From NCBI RefSeq assembly GCF_000025505.1, contig NC_013849.1, positions 51,250 to 83,249 on the forward strand: 32,000 nucleotides of DNA, in the 5' to 3' direction. This DNA comes from Ferroglobus placidus DSM 10642. Lineage in GTDB: Archaea; Halobacteriota; Archaeoglobi; Archaeoglobales; Archaeoglobaceae. Below, one piece after another: positions 1-8,428 of the stretch (positions are counted from its first letter, which is position 1; the number at the start of each line of letters is the position of its first letter). The notes under the pieces were generated by a model. That model ran no database searches. It saw only the letters and a list, made by a program, of their open reading frames with translations, and was not told the DNA's origin. Made by a program: the position numbers and the translations under genes.

Positions 1-593
1 TTCTGCTCGACGATCTTTTCACTTCCCAAACTCTGCAGAAGCATCGGCGTTGCGAAGAGTCCAGTTAGGAGGGGAAAGTAGAAATCTCCAGCCTCTAAAG
101 CTTTAAAGCCGAGAATTCCCGAGACAAAGAAGACCGCGAGAAAGTAAAGTCTTCTTTTTAACGTCGACAGCGAGCCTCCGAATGTGTCCTTTTCGTACCT
201 GAGAAAAAATATAAGAGCGAAAATTATGGCGAATTTGTAGAAGAACGAGAGATCGAAGCTGCTTATCGCGGCGACAACGTAAAAGAGCGGTAGTGAGAGA
301 ATTGCTGAAAAAAGTGAGGAGAAAGCTGAAATGGATATAGCTTTCCCTCCTTCACCTCTGTTAACGAGCTCGTGGGCTGGGAAGATAGTCAAAGCGGTGT
401 CTTCTTCCGGAACTCCCACAAACGTTGCCGGAATTATGTTGAGGAATGTGTGAGTTACGAGCATCGAAACTAAAATCACAGCCTCTTCGCTGTTTGCCGA
501 GGAGTAAAGAGAAGCTATCGTATTCGGATGAATACCGGGAATTAATCCCGTTAAACAGCCGAGAAAAATTCCTATCAAGCTTTCGAGAATCAT
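1..593 (-). CDS. TctA / DUF112-type membrane transporter-like protein, N-terminal part (3' end outside window)
   Basis: Reverse-strand translation from ATG at 593..591 gives MILESLIGIFLGCLTGLIPGIHPNTIASLYSSANSEEAVILVSMLVTHTFLNIIPATFVGVPEEDTALTIFPAHELV..., with the GLIPGIHPNT signature of the archaeal TctA/DUF112 family. ATGA overlap with the upstream gene stop at 590. Confidence 0.75.
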   Translation of the reverse strand, partial: MILESLIGIFLGCLTGLIPGIHPNTIASLYSSANSEEAVILVSMLVTHTFLNIIPATFVGVPEEDTALTIFPAHELVNRGEGGKAISISAFSSLFSAILSLPLFYVVAAISSFDLSFFYKFAIIFALIFFLRYEKDTFGGSLSTLKRRLYFLAVFFVSGILGFKALEAGDFYFPLLTGLFATPMLLQSLGSEKIVEQ

Positions 594-1213
594 TTAATGA
601 ATCTCCTGACGAAATCCTCGCTGACGTTCGAAACTTCGGAAATTTTTGCAGCGTCTCTGCTCCCTATTCTCTTGGAAATCATTTCGAAGTAGTCCAAAGC
701 AACTTCTTCATCCTCCAGATCCCACATCCCCGAGAACATCGGGTGAGCGTCTTTTAGGAAGTCGCTAATCCACTCTATGTTCTTACCCTCCATAAATCGC
801 TCCAGGTACCCTTCTTCGTAGAGTAGGCAATCTTTAAGGATGAGCTTGACCGATTGAATTACTCTCTCGTAGTCGTACTTTCTGTTTGGAGGAGAGTACT
901 TCTCGATTATTCTATCAATTTCCTCCTTCGTGAAGTCGAAAACCTTCTTTTTCGAGCTTTTTGAAACTTCTTTTAAAACGTAAAACGTTCTCTCATCTAC
1001 CGGCGATTTCCTCGACTTGCCCCCACTTCTGAGCACCACGTAGTAAATAGAGTTGGCTACTCCCAAATCTCTCTTCGTGAAGTTCTCGATTTCCTCGTAG
1101 CTTGCCAGAGTCGACAGTATTAGCCTTATCAAAGCGTGCTCTTTCAAGTCCTTTCGCGAGGATATGCATATGTGCTGGAGATCCTCTTCGACCATTATCA
1201 GTTCTTCGTGCAT
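590..1213 (-). CDS. hypothetical protein (207 aa), probably co-transcribed with the TctA-like gene
   Basis: Long ORF with archaeal codon usage; 4-nt ATGA overlap with the downstream gene. Confidence 0.65.
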   Translation of the reverse strand: MHEELIMVEEDLQHICISSRKDLKEHALIRLILSTLASYEEIENFTKRDLGVANSIYYVVLRSGGKSRKSPVDERTFYVLKEVSKSSKKKVFDFTKEEIDRIIEKYSPPNRKYDYERVIQSVKLILKDCLLYEEGYLERFMEGKNIEWISDFLKDAHPMFSGMWDLEDEEVALDYFEMISKRIGSRDAAKISEVSNVSEDFVRRFIK

Positions 1214-1251
1214 AGTAAAAGTGATAATGCAGTAGCTGATATTTTAATCTT

Positions 1252-1530
1252 GTGAAGCATCCAGCCATAGTTCAGGTGAGAACGGAGATCGAAAAAGCCT
1301 TGGAAATAGCTAAAAAATTCGTTACTGAGGTGGAAAGAAGAGAGGATGGCGTGGACATATACTTTGAAGACGTTAACGAGGCGAGAAGGTTTATAAGCGT
1401 ATTTAAAAGAGCGACGAAAAAGAAAATCCTCGTAAAATCGAGCACTAGTTACGCTGGTTTGAGAAAGGGGAGAGTCAGGTACCTCTTTACTTACTCTCTG
1501 AAGGAGAATGAAGGTAGAAGACTACGTTAA
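1252..1530 (+). CDS. small hypothetical archaeal protein (92 aa)
   Basis: ORF starts divergently from 1213 and overlaps the TPD nuclease start at 1508. Confidence 0.5.
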   Translation: MKHPAIVQVRTEIEKALEIAKKFVTEVERREDGVDIYFEDVNEARRFISVFKRATKKKILVKSSTSYAGLRKGRVRYLFTYSLKENEGRRLR

Positions 1531-2428
1531 GATAAGGAACGAACTGAAAAGGATCGAGGATTTAAACAAAGTCGTCAGAAGGTATGGGATTAGAAGGGGG
1601 ACTGCTTTCAGCATTCTCGTTCAGAAAAAGGTTAGTTACGTAAGGAAAAACTACTACAAGTTTGAGAGGAGAGCTGAAGAGATCCTCGAGTACTGGGAAA
1701 CGAACAAAAGCTTTCCGAGCTGGTTGAAGCTTCCGCCGGTTATGAAGCTAAGACTGCTCTTTAAGGCTATGGGTATGAGCAAGAAGAGGATTGCGAAAGT
1801 TCTTAAAAATCCGGAGGAGTTGAGTGAATTCGAGGATTTAATTTACGACGCTATGTATAGAGATTACGTCTACTCCCCCGTAGCAGCTGAAAATCTGGCT
1901 GCGAGGGGAAAAATTGGTGAGAAAATAGTTGAAAGATATTTGATAGCTCGAGGGGTTGATTTTATCTCTGAGAAAGAAATTCGAGGAGACAAAACGCCGG
2001 ACTTTCTGATTCAAAGCGAGCTGAAAATTGGAGGAAGAAAAGTTCGCTGGATAGAAAGCAAGTCGATGTTTGGCGATGTTTTTGCCTACGAGGACAATCT
2101 CAAGCAGTTTGAAAAGTATTCGAGCGAATTTGGGGAAGGCGCTGTAATTTTCTGGCACGGCTTTTTGGACGTTTTGAGGGATAAGGAGTTTCTAATAATC
2201 TCGGATATCGGGCATCCAAGCGGGGAGAAGAGATTTCTGAAGGATATGGTGGTCAAAATTAGCGACGAAGGGGAGTTTTCTTGGAAGGGCGGAGAAGAGA
2301 TGAGGAGCGGAAAATTCGTCAGAGAGCTAATAAGATTTTTCAAAAGCTGCTCGACTTCGATTGCTGCTGAAGAGAAAATGGCTGTGAAGAAAGCGCTTGA
2401 AAAATTTGGGTATGTTGTCACTGCTTAG
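1508..2428 (+). CDS. TPD-motif (CDIN1/C15orf41-like) restriction-endonuclease-fold protein
   Basis: ARGKIGEKIVERYLIARGVDFISEKEIRGDKTPDFLI...VRWIESKSMFGD: TPD motif followed by an ExK-like WIESK, plus an N-terminal helical region. Confidence 0.75.
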   Translation: MKVEDYVKIRNELKRIEDLNKVVRRYGIRRGTAFSILVQKKVSYVRKNYYKFERRAEEILEYWETNKSFPSWLKLPPVMKLRLLFKAMGMSKKRIAKVLKNPEELSEFEDLIYDAMYRDYVYSPVAAENLAARGKIGEKIVERYLIARGVDFISEKEIRGDKTPDFLIQSELKIGGRKVRWIESKSMFGDVFAYEDNLKQFEKYSSEFGEGAVIFWHGFLDVLRDKEFLIISDIGHPSGEKRFLKDMVVKISDEGEFSWKGGEEMRSGKFVRELIRFFKSCSTSIAAEEKMAVKKALEKFGYVVTA

Positions 2429-3251
2429 CCACTCTTTCCGATCTCGGTACGAACTCAACGACCTCTCTTTGAAACATGGGCTGCGGATACAGCTCCATTA
2501 ACTCGTAAACCTCCTTAGGAACTTCCGTCTTCACGTTGAACCCCATTTTTTTCAACTCTTCTGGAGTTAGAGGGTAATCGTGAGTCCACCTACCTTCCGT
2601 GAGGGTCTTTGCTATTTCTTCCGCTTTTTCTCTACCCATTCTGTCTTCGAGAAGTTCCACTATAAATTCTCTCAGCTGTTTTATCGCCTTTTCAGCAACA
2701 TCTGCGAGAATCAAAGTTTGGTCGTCAACTTCGTTAACATCTTTTCTTTCAACAGCCTTCAGTATCGAAGGGGCTGGGTAGCCCATAATTTGAGGGTCGA
2801 GAGGTCCAAGGACAGCGTGAGGATCCATTATAATCTCATCAGCCGCTATCGCTATCAAAGTTCCTCCGCTCATCGCATAGTGAGGGACTATAACTGTCGT
2901 TTTAGCCGGGTGGTCCTTTATCGCTTTAGCTATCTGCGTTGCAGCAAGAACCAATCCACCGGGAGTGTGGAGAATCAGGTCTATCGGCGTGTCTCTCGGA
3001 GTCATTCTTATCGCTCTCAAAACCTGCTCCGAGTCTTCGATGTTTATAAAGCGATAAAAGGGGATGCCGAGCAAACCGATTCTTTCCTGTCTGTGTATTA
3101 GCGTTATAACGCTACTCCCCCTCACTCTGCTCAACCTTTCCATCGCCTTTACTCTCATCATCTGAAGCCTTCTGTAGTTTAACTGGGGAGATATTAGCAG
3201 ATAAAAGAACAGGAGAAACCAGAATATCGAAAACGGGTCGAAGTAGTTCAT
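2418..3251 (-). CDS. SDH_sah / DUF114-type ClpP-fold membrane-anchored serine protease-like protein
   Basis: N-terminal TM helix followed by DLILHTPGGLVLAATQIAKAIK...HYAMSGGTLIAIAADEIIMDPHAVLGPLDPQ, characteristic of the SDH_sah family (PF01972). Confidence 0.85.
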   Translation of the reverse strand: MNYFDPFSIFWFLLFFYLLISPQLNYRRLQMMRVKAMERLSRVRGSSVITLIHRQERIGLLGIPFYRFINIEDSEQVLRAIRMTPRDTPIDLILHTPGGLVLAATQIAKAIKDHPAKTTVIVPHYAMSGGTLIAIAADEIIMDPHAVLGPLDPQIMGYPAPSILKAVERKDVNEVDDQTLILADVAEKAIKQLREFIVELLEDRMGREKAEEIAKTLTEGRWTHDYPLTPEELKKMGFNVKTEVPKEVYELMELYPQPMFQREVVEFVPRSERVAKQ

Positions 3252-3289
3252 GTTTGATTATATCTCTATCTCTCATATATTTGCTTTTT

Positions 3290-3298
3290 GACGGCGAA
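3290..3298. repeat. Target site duplication, left copy GACGGCGAA
   Basis: Identical to 4513-4521, directly abutting the TIRs. Confidence 0.85.
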
Positions 3299-3318
3299 GG
3301 TTTTGGGACAAAATTCCT

Positions 3319-3477
3319 TTAATCCCTGACAACAATCACATACGCTCTCCACCCAATATACCTCTTGGGCACATCAACCTTTGCTGAATTACCGAAAGGC
3401 GTGACTCTCTTCTCGAAAACAACCTCAACCTCCTCTTTCAGAACAAAATCTCCCTTCTTCACTTCAACCCTCCTCAT
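3319..3477 (-). CDS. Small transposon-encoded DUF2080-like protein (52 aa)
   Basis: MRRVEVKKGDFVLKEEVEVVFEKRVTPFGNSAKVDVPKRYIGWRAYVIVVRD has the VTPFGNSAKVxVPKxYIGxxxxV pattern of the archaeal transposon-associated DUF2080 family. The track ORF 3319..3729 is overextended into the transposase 5' region. Confidence 0.7.
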   Translation of the reverse strand: MRRVEVKKGDFVLKEEVEVVFEKRVTPFGNSAKVDVPKRYIGWRAYVIVVRD

Positions 3478-3528
3478 GTTAAGTATATCCATAGAAATAC
3501 TTAAATACTTTTTGGTTGGAATCAGAAC

Positions 3529-4497
3529 ATGAACCTTGGATTCAGAGTGACAGGGAAGTTTGTAAGGGAACTTCTGGATGTTTTGGATGAAATTGCAGAG
3601 GAGATAAGACAGGAGGAGAAGGAAAAGTATCCGTACACAGAATGGGAGAGGAAGAGAGAAGTTGTTAAGGAAAGGCTGAGAAAACTCCCTGAATACGTTA
3701 GAGAGGCTATTTCTGTGATAACCGTGCAAAAGAGGGTGGGAAGACCAAAGAAAGTTGATCTGGAGAAGAGAGTTATGCTCTTTCTGTTTGCAAGGCTGAT
3801 GGACAAATCAAACAGAGATATTGAGGAGCTTTTAGAGCTGTTTGAACCTTTATTCGGGATAAAGGTTAGCTACAAAACGATAGAAAGATTATACTCGGAT
3901 GAAGAAGTTAGAATGGCTTTACACAACCTCTTCATCCTTCTGCTTAGAGAGGAAGGAGTTTCAGGAGATTTTTCAGGAGATGGGACAGGATACAGCCTAA
4001 CCATCACTAAGCACTATAGAAGCAATCCTAAAAGGAAAGGTAAAGACTTCAGATACGTTTTCAGGATAATTGACATCGATACGGGAATGTACGTTGGCTT
4101 TGGCTATTCTGACAGATCTGAGAAAGATGCCTTTGAGAAGGCTTTAGGAATGCTCAAAAGCATGGGGGTGAAGGTAAACTCGATTTCTCTGGATAAGTAT
4201 TACAGCAGTAGGAAGACTCTGAGGCTGTTTGATGCTGAGACAGCTGTCTACGTCATTCCAAAGCGAAATCTTGCCAGAATAGGATTTGACTGGTTGAGGG
4301 TTATCGAGAGGATTGTTGAAGCTCCTTATAGGTTTCTGAAGAGGTACTTCAAGAGGAACTTAAGTGAGGCAGGATTTTCTGCTGATAAGAGGAGATTTGG
4401 ATGGTTGATAAGGCAGAGGAGGGAGGACAGGAGAGAGATGGCTTTGTTTGCTGTCGGGCTTTGGCACAACATATTTGCTGTGAGGGTGATGAGGTAA
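3529..4497 (+). CDS. IS transposase (DDE/IS4-like fold)
   Basis: 322 aa, contains SGDFSGDGTGYSLT...FRIIDIDTGMYVGFGYSDRSEKDAFEKAL and lies between the TIRs; divergent from the DUF2080 ORF. Confidence 0.88.
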   Translation: MNLGFRVTGKFVRELLDVLDEIAEEIRQEEKEKYPYTEWERKREVVKERLRKLPEYVREAISVITVQKRVGRPKKVDLEKRVMLFLFARLMDKSNRDIEELLELFEPLFGIKVSYKTIERLYSDEEVRMALHNLFILLLREEGVSGDFSGDGTGYSLTITKHYRSNPKRKGKDFRYVFRIIDIDTGMYVGFGYSDRSEKDAFEKALGMLKSMGVKVNSISLDKYYSSRKTLRLFDAETAVYVIPKRNLARIGFDWLRVIERIVEAPYRFLKRYFKRNLSEAGFSADKRRFGWLIRQRREDRREMALFAVGLWHNIFAVRVMR

Positions 4498-4512
4498 TTT
4501 TGTCCCAAAGTC

Positions 4513-4521
4513 GACGGCGAA
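4513..4521. repeat. Target site duplication, right copy GACGGCGAA
   Basis: Identical to 3290-3298. Confidence 0.85.
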
Positions 4522-4573
4522 AATTAACTTAAAAATCGAAACGTTAATAGTCGTATCAGCGGGGTTGAAAGTG

Positions 4574-4711
4574 ATGATTAGCAGAGCTGAGAAAATCCTT
4601 ACCCCGCTTATGATTGGAGTTCTGATCTTTCTTGTGAACTTCTCTATTCTGACCTACGTCTTTTCAGCGTTTCCTTGGATCGTAAGCTTGTTTTTTGGGG
4701 TTCAGCAGACT
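4574..4711 (+). pseudogene. 5' fragment of an interrupted CPBP-family intramembrane protease gene
   Basis: ATG at 4574 encodes [43 protein letters not shown] and hits a stop (TAG) just inside the IS607-type element. The 3' part of the gene lies at 6559-6900. Confidence 0.65.
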
Positions 4712-5948
4712 TAGTGACAGACGTACGTCCGCCTTGGGACACATCAACCTCAGCCCCCTCAGGGTTCATCGGGAGCATATCATCGGTCTCGTCCCCTTTC
4801 AGGGTAACCCCACTCCTTCTCAGGATCGGGAGGATTACTTCCTCCCAAACCTTCATAGAAGGAGGGAAACCCCACATCTTTAGGTAGAGATTTATCGAAG
4901 CATTCAATTGTCTGTTAATCTTTAGTCCGCATTTACATTCCAAAACCTGTCCCTTTCGGTGCTTCATTTTTCCACCACATCTGGGACAGGTTTTGGTAGA
5001 GTTTTTAGGGTTGAGCAATTTGATTCGGGATTTGTAGCTCATTAAAAACACTATTTGCTTCCAATTTTGCTTAGAAATAACCCTATTATGAGTTCTCCTA
5101 TCGTTGTACATTCCTTGCTTATCTAAATTCTCGAAGCCGAGCTCGTAATCCTTAAACTCTTCAGCAAGCTTCGTGGTAAGCTTGTGCAGAAAGTCCTTAA
5201 CCTTGTTCCTATATCTCTTGGAATACTTCTCCATTAATCTTTTGGCGGTCTTCGGCTTAGTTTTACTTAAACTCTGGATTTTCCGCCTCTTGTTCTCGTA
5301 AGTTATGTGTAAAGTGTATAGAAGCTTCAAATCGACTTTGATCCATCCTCTATCGCAGAATCCGTCCATACTAAGTAGATTTAAATCCCACGCAATTTTC
5401 TTCTTAGGATTTCTTTCAACGGGTTTTCTGAACGTGATAATTAGCTCGTTCTCTTTCAGAATCAGCTCACCGAGATTGCAACCCTCCACCTTCTTCTTAA
5501 ACCAAATCCTCGATAGATCGAATTCGAGATAAGTCTTTCTCGGTTCTACTGTAACCTTAATTTTGTCATCTCTGAAAGTGTAAAGAGTCTCCTTAACCCT
5601 AACAAACTTCCTTTTGACGGTGGGTTTGTTCCTACCCCTTTTACCCCTTAGGTAGTTTTTCCTCCAAGAGTTCAGAATCGAGTAAGCTGTTTTTATTGCC
5701 GAATCGACATAATGAGATGCATAGCTCCAATCTTTCAGCAACTTGTTTCTCAGATTTCTCTTAAAATCTCTCGATTTTGGAATTGTCGGAATGAGTCTTT
5801 TACCTTTTCTCTTCCACTCAATTTTATCCCAGATCTCATCTATCGCTCTCTGCAAAAGACACCTGTAGCTACTTAGAAATTCCTTCACATCGTAGTCGTG
5901 CTTGATCTTGTAGCTAAGGATCACTAATGAGCTGTTTTGCACCTTCAA
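4644..5948 (-). CDS. tnpB: RNA-guided nuclease-family protein TnpB (IS607-associated), C-terminus reading out into host sequence
   Basis: Zn ribbon [38 protein letters not shown]-type region, WDLNL and GFENL motifs. The terminal RuvC motif reads [10 protein letters not shown]. Confidence 0.88.
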   Translation of the reverse strand: MKVQNSSLVILSYKIKHDYDVKEFLSSYRCLLQRAIDEIWDKIEWKRKGKRLIPTIPKSRDFKRNLRNKLLKDWSYASHYVDSAIKTAYSILNSWRKNYLRGKRGRNKPTVKRKFVRVKETLYTFRDDKIKVTVEPRKTYLEFDLSRIWFKKKVEGCNLGELILKENELIITFRKPVERNPKKKIAWDLNLLSMDGFCDRGWIKVDLKLLYTLHITYENKRRKIQSLSKTKPKTAKRLMEKYSKRYRNKVKDFLHKLTTKLAEEFKDYELGFENLDKQGMYNDRRTHNRVISKQNWKQIVFLMSYKSRIKLLNPKNSTKTCPRCGGKMKHRKGQVLECKCGLKINRQLNASINLYLKMWGFPPSMKVWEEVILPILRRSGVTLKGDETDDMLPMNPEGAEVDVSQGGRTSVTKSAEPQKTSLRSKETLKRRRSE

Positions 5949-6561
5949 CCACCTTCTTATACTTATGACTCCTCATCCCGTAAAGCTTACCGGCGAAATG
6001 GGAAATTATAGTGATCAGATCTTCGATCAGCTCTTCTTGAGGTGTTTTAGCTCTCTTGTTTATCACTACGATCTCAGTCCCGTAACTTTTGAAAAATTCT
6101 TCCAGAATCTTGAATCCAAACCTCGTTAGTCTGTCTGGGTAAGCTACGATAACTTTGGAAACTTCTTTGTTCATTACCATCTTCAATAACTTTTGGAAAT
6201 TTTTCCTATCCTCTTTTAACCCAGATCCAACATCTTTAAGAATTTCTATATCATCCCATCCCTTCTCCTTAGCGTAAGCTTTGATCAGCTCAATCTGTCT
6301 CTCCAAATCGTCTTTCTGAGTATGTGACGAAACTCTCGCATATCCTACTACTTTCCTCTCCTCGTAGATCCCTAAAATCCTCTTTATCTCAGATTCTGGA
6401 ACTCTCCTCTTCCCTCCTATAGTTCTAATACATCTTATCTTCCCTGCTTTGTCCCATCTTTGAAGAGTTCTTACACTTACTCCAAGTATTCTCGATGCTT
6501 CTTTCATCGTGTAATGTTTTTCCATTAATGTGCATATTTGTCTATCAAATATTTAATAGTT
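4701..6561 (-). mobile_element. IS607-type element (serine recombinase tnpA + tnpB)
   Basis: Contains MerR-HTH serine recombinase and TnpB genes on the minus strand. Boundaries inferred from the split CPBP reading frame; both junctions share GTTC (4700-4703 and 6559-6562). No longer TSD seen, as expected for IS607. Exact ends uncertain by a few nt. Confidence 0.78.
5914..6525 (-). CDS. tnpA: IS607-family serine recombinase (MerR-like HTH + resolvase domain)
   Basis: [41 protein letters not shown]...[23 protein letters not shown]...[14 protein letters not shown]; overlaps tnpB by 35 nt. Confidence 0.95.
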   Translation of the reverse strand: MEKHYTMKEASRILGVSVRTLQRWDKAGKIRCIRTIGGKRRVPESEIKRILGIYEERKVVGYARVSSHTQKDDLERQIELIKAYAKEKGWDDIEILKDVGSGLKEDRKNFQKLLKMVMNKEVSKVIVAYPDRLTRFGFKILEEFFKSYGTEIVVINKRAKTPQEELIEDLITIISHFAGKLYGMRSHKYKKVVEGAKQLISDP

Positions 6562-6900
6562 CCGCAAAGCAAAGGCAGCTGGTGGATTCACCAGCCTTTT
6601 AACGTGAAAGTTCTTTACGTCGTTGGAGTCGCTCCTCTCTTGGAGGAGATTATTCACAGAAGAATCGTTCTTCAGTTCTTTCTCAGCAAAAATCTGATGT
6701 TTGCCGGACTTGTCGTTTCGAGTTTAACCTTCGGCTTCCATCACGTAATTTTCGGCTGGGGATGGCTCAAGGCTGTGGACATGTTCTTTGTAGGCTTGGT
6801 GTTCGGAGTTGTCTATATCAAATACAAACTCTTCGGTAGCTGGTTAAGTCACTTTTCGAATAACCTGATGTCGATACTATTTACGATCTTAATGAGCTAA
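6538..6900 (+). pseudogene. 3' fragment of a CPBP-family intramembrane metalloprotease gene, separated from its 5' end by the IS607-type element
   Basis: APLLEEIIHRRIV (EExxxR), FGFHHVIFG (FxxxH), SHFSNNLMS: CPBP motifs. N-terminal residues MSIKYLI derive from the IS end. Confidence 0.78.
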
Positions 6901-7123
6901 TCTTTATTTTAATCTCCCCGAAATTTGAAACTTTCACATCTGAAATTTTAAAAATGAAAAAGGAGTGTAGAACTGGGAATAAAAGTTCCTTGTAAATCTC
7001 AGATGACTGAGCATTTTGCTTAGAACTTTGGCTGTTTTCTAAGTCTGTAATGCTTTTTAAAATTACGAGTTTGACGAAGGTTTATATACGACTATTAATC
7101 GTTTTAAATTTAGCGGTGGTACT

Positions 7124-8425
7124 ATGGGAAAGTTGAAAGTGTTGGTGGCTTTAGCTCTTGCAGTACTTATAATCGGATGCGCTCAGCAAGCGACGAAGCC
7201 GAAGGAAGAAGAGAAAGCTGAAGTTGAACCTATCGTCATCGGCTTACCACTGCCAATAAACTTCCCCGACGGCTACGCTCCCTATCGAGGGGCAGTTTTA
7301 GCTGCTGAAGAGATTAACGCTAAAGGAGGAGTCAACGTTGGCGGAGTGAAAAGACCGATTAAGCTTGAGCTGGTGGATACGAGAGACCTCGAGCCGGGAG
7401 TTCCGATTTCGGAAGCTTTAGCAGCGGTGGAGAAGTTAATTCTCGAAAAGAAAGTTCACGTTCTCGTTGGAGGACCCGCGAGAAGTGAAGCTGCTTTGGC
7501 AACTCTTGACATTGTTGCGAAGTATAAAGTTCCTTGGATCGTCAGCTGCGGAGTTTTGACGCCAGCTTTCCACAAGAGAATAGAGGAGAACTACGATAAA
7601 TACAAGTACGCTTTCAGGCTTAACGCTCACGCTGTATGGCTGGCTAAAGAAAACGTTGACATCTTGGAGAAGCTCAGGGAAAAGTACGGATTTGACAAAG
7701 TTTACGTGATGGTTCAGGATGTCGAGCATGCGAGAAAGTTCGGAGAAGTTATAGCGAAGATGCTTGAAGAGAAGGGATGGAAGGTAGTTGGTTTCGACAG
7801 GTATCCCACCGGAACGACGGACTTCTCTTCCGGATTGCTGAAGGCGAAAAGCGAAGATGCTGACATCCTTCTCATTCAGATGGATATGCCCGAAACAATG
7901 ACGTTGATAAAGCAGTGGGCTGATTTGAAGGTTCCGGCTTTGCCAATCGGATTCATAAGGGCTGCTCAGGAACAAAAAGCTTGGGAAGCTACTGAAGGAA
8001 AAGTGAACTACTTCGTAGTCTCAGCCGGAGCCTTCACCGGAAACGCTCCGTCAAATGCTACGGAGTGGACGATGAAGTTCTACAACGCTTACACCAAGAG
8101 ATGGGGAACTCCTCCACAAGGACACGGAACTTCAGCAAGCTATATGGCGATATACGTCGTTGCCGACGCGATTGAAAGAGCCGGTAGCTTGGATCCGGAC
8201 AAAATCGTCAAAGCTTTGGAAGAGACGGACATGATGGGAGTTTTCGGAAGAATCAGATTCGATCCGAAGAGCCATCAGGTGATTTTAGCAGAGGATCCGA
8301 AGGAAGGTGCGGTAACATGCTGGTTCCAGTGGCAGGACGGAAAGAGAGTGACGATATATCCTCCTTCGATTGCTGAGGGAGAGATAAAGCTCCCACCGTG
8401 GATGCTTGAAAAGGCGAAGAGGTGA
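7124..8425 (+). CDS. Branched-chain amino acid-type ABC transporter substrate-binding lipoprotein (LivK-like; ligand may be aromatic)
   Basis: Lipobox MGKLKVLVALALAVLIIGC; IVIGLPLPINFPDGYAPYRGAVLAAEEINAKGGVNVGG...ELVDTRD; first gene of a Liv-type operon. Confidence 0.9.
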   Translation: MGKLKVLVALALAVLIIGCAQQATKPKEEEKAEVEPIVIGLPLPINFPDGYAPYRGAVLAAEEINAKGGVNVGGVKRPIKLELVDTRDLEPGVPISEALAAVEKLILEKKVHVLVGGPARSEAALATLDIVAKYKVPWIVSCGVLTPAFHKRIEENYDKYKYAFRLNAHAVWLAKENVDILEKLREKYGFDKVYVMVQDVEHARKFGEVIAKMLEEKGWKVVGFDRYPTGTTDFSSGLLKAKSEDADILLIQMDMPETMTLIKQWADLKVPALPIGFIRAAQEQKAWEATEGKVNYFVVSAGAFTGNAPSNATEWTMKFYNAYTKRWGTPPQGHGTSASYMAIYVVADAIERAGSLDPDKIVKALEETDMMGVFGRIRFDPKSHQVILAEDPKEGAVTCWFQWQDGKRVTIYPPSIAEGEIKLPPWMLEKAKR

Positions 8426-8428
8426 AGT

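Larger units (their letters stand above)
3299..4512. mobile_element. Complete 1214-bp DDE-type insertion sequence (ISNCY/ISA1214-like two-ORF archaeal IS, tentative family)
   Basis: TIRs: left GGTTTTGGGACAAAATT (3299-3315), right end reverse complement GACTTTGGGACAAAATT (4496-4512), 15/17 identical. Flanked by a perfect 9-bp direct repeat GACGGCGAA (3290-3298 and 4513-4521). Confidence 0.88.

Noticed and set aside
446-757. Plus-strand ORF of 103 aa
   Set aside because: Antisense to the well-supported TctA-like and 207-aa genes; composition looks like a shadow ORF.
2580-3101. 173-aa plus-strand ORF
   Set aside because: Antisense to the SDH_sah-like gene, no recognisable motif.
6538-6900. 120-aa ORF as an independent small CPBP protease
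   Set aside because: TTG start lies in the IS607-type left end; upstream coding region found at 4574-4700, so it is a 3' gene fragment.
7013-7035. Imperfect hairpin CTGAGC-ATTTT-GCTTAG between the CPBP fragment and the transporter operon
   Set aside because: Short and contains a wobble pair; not followed by a clear T-tract, so I could not support a terminator or leader RNA.
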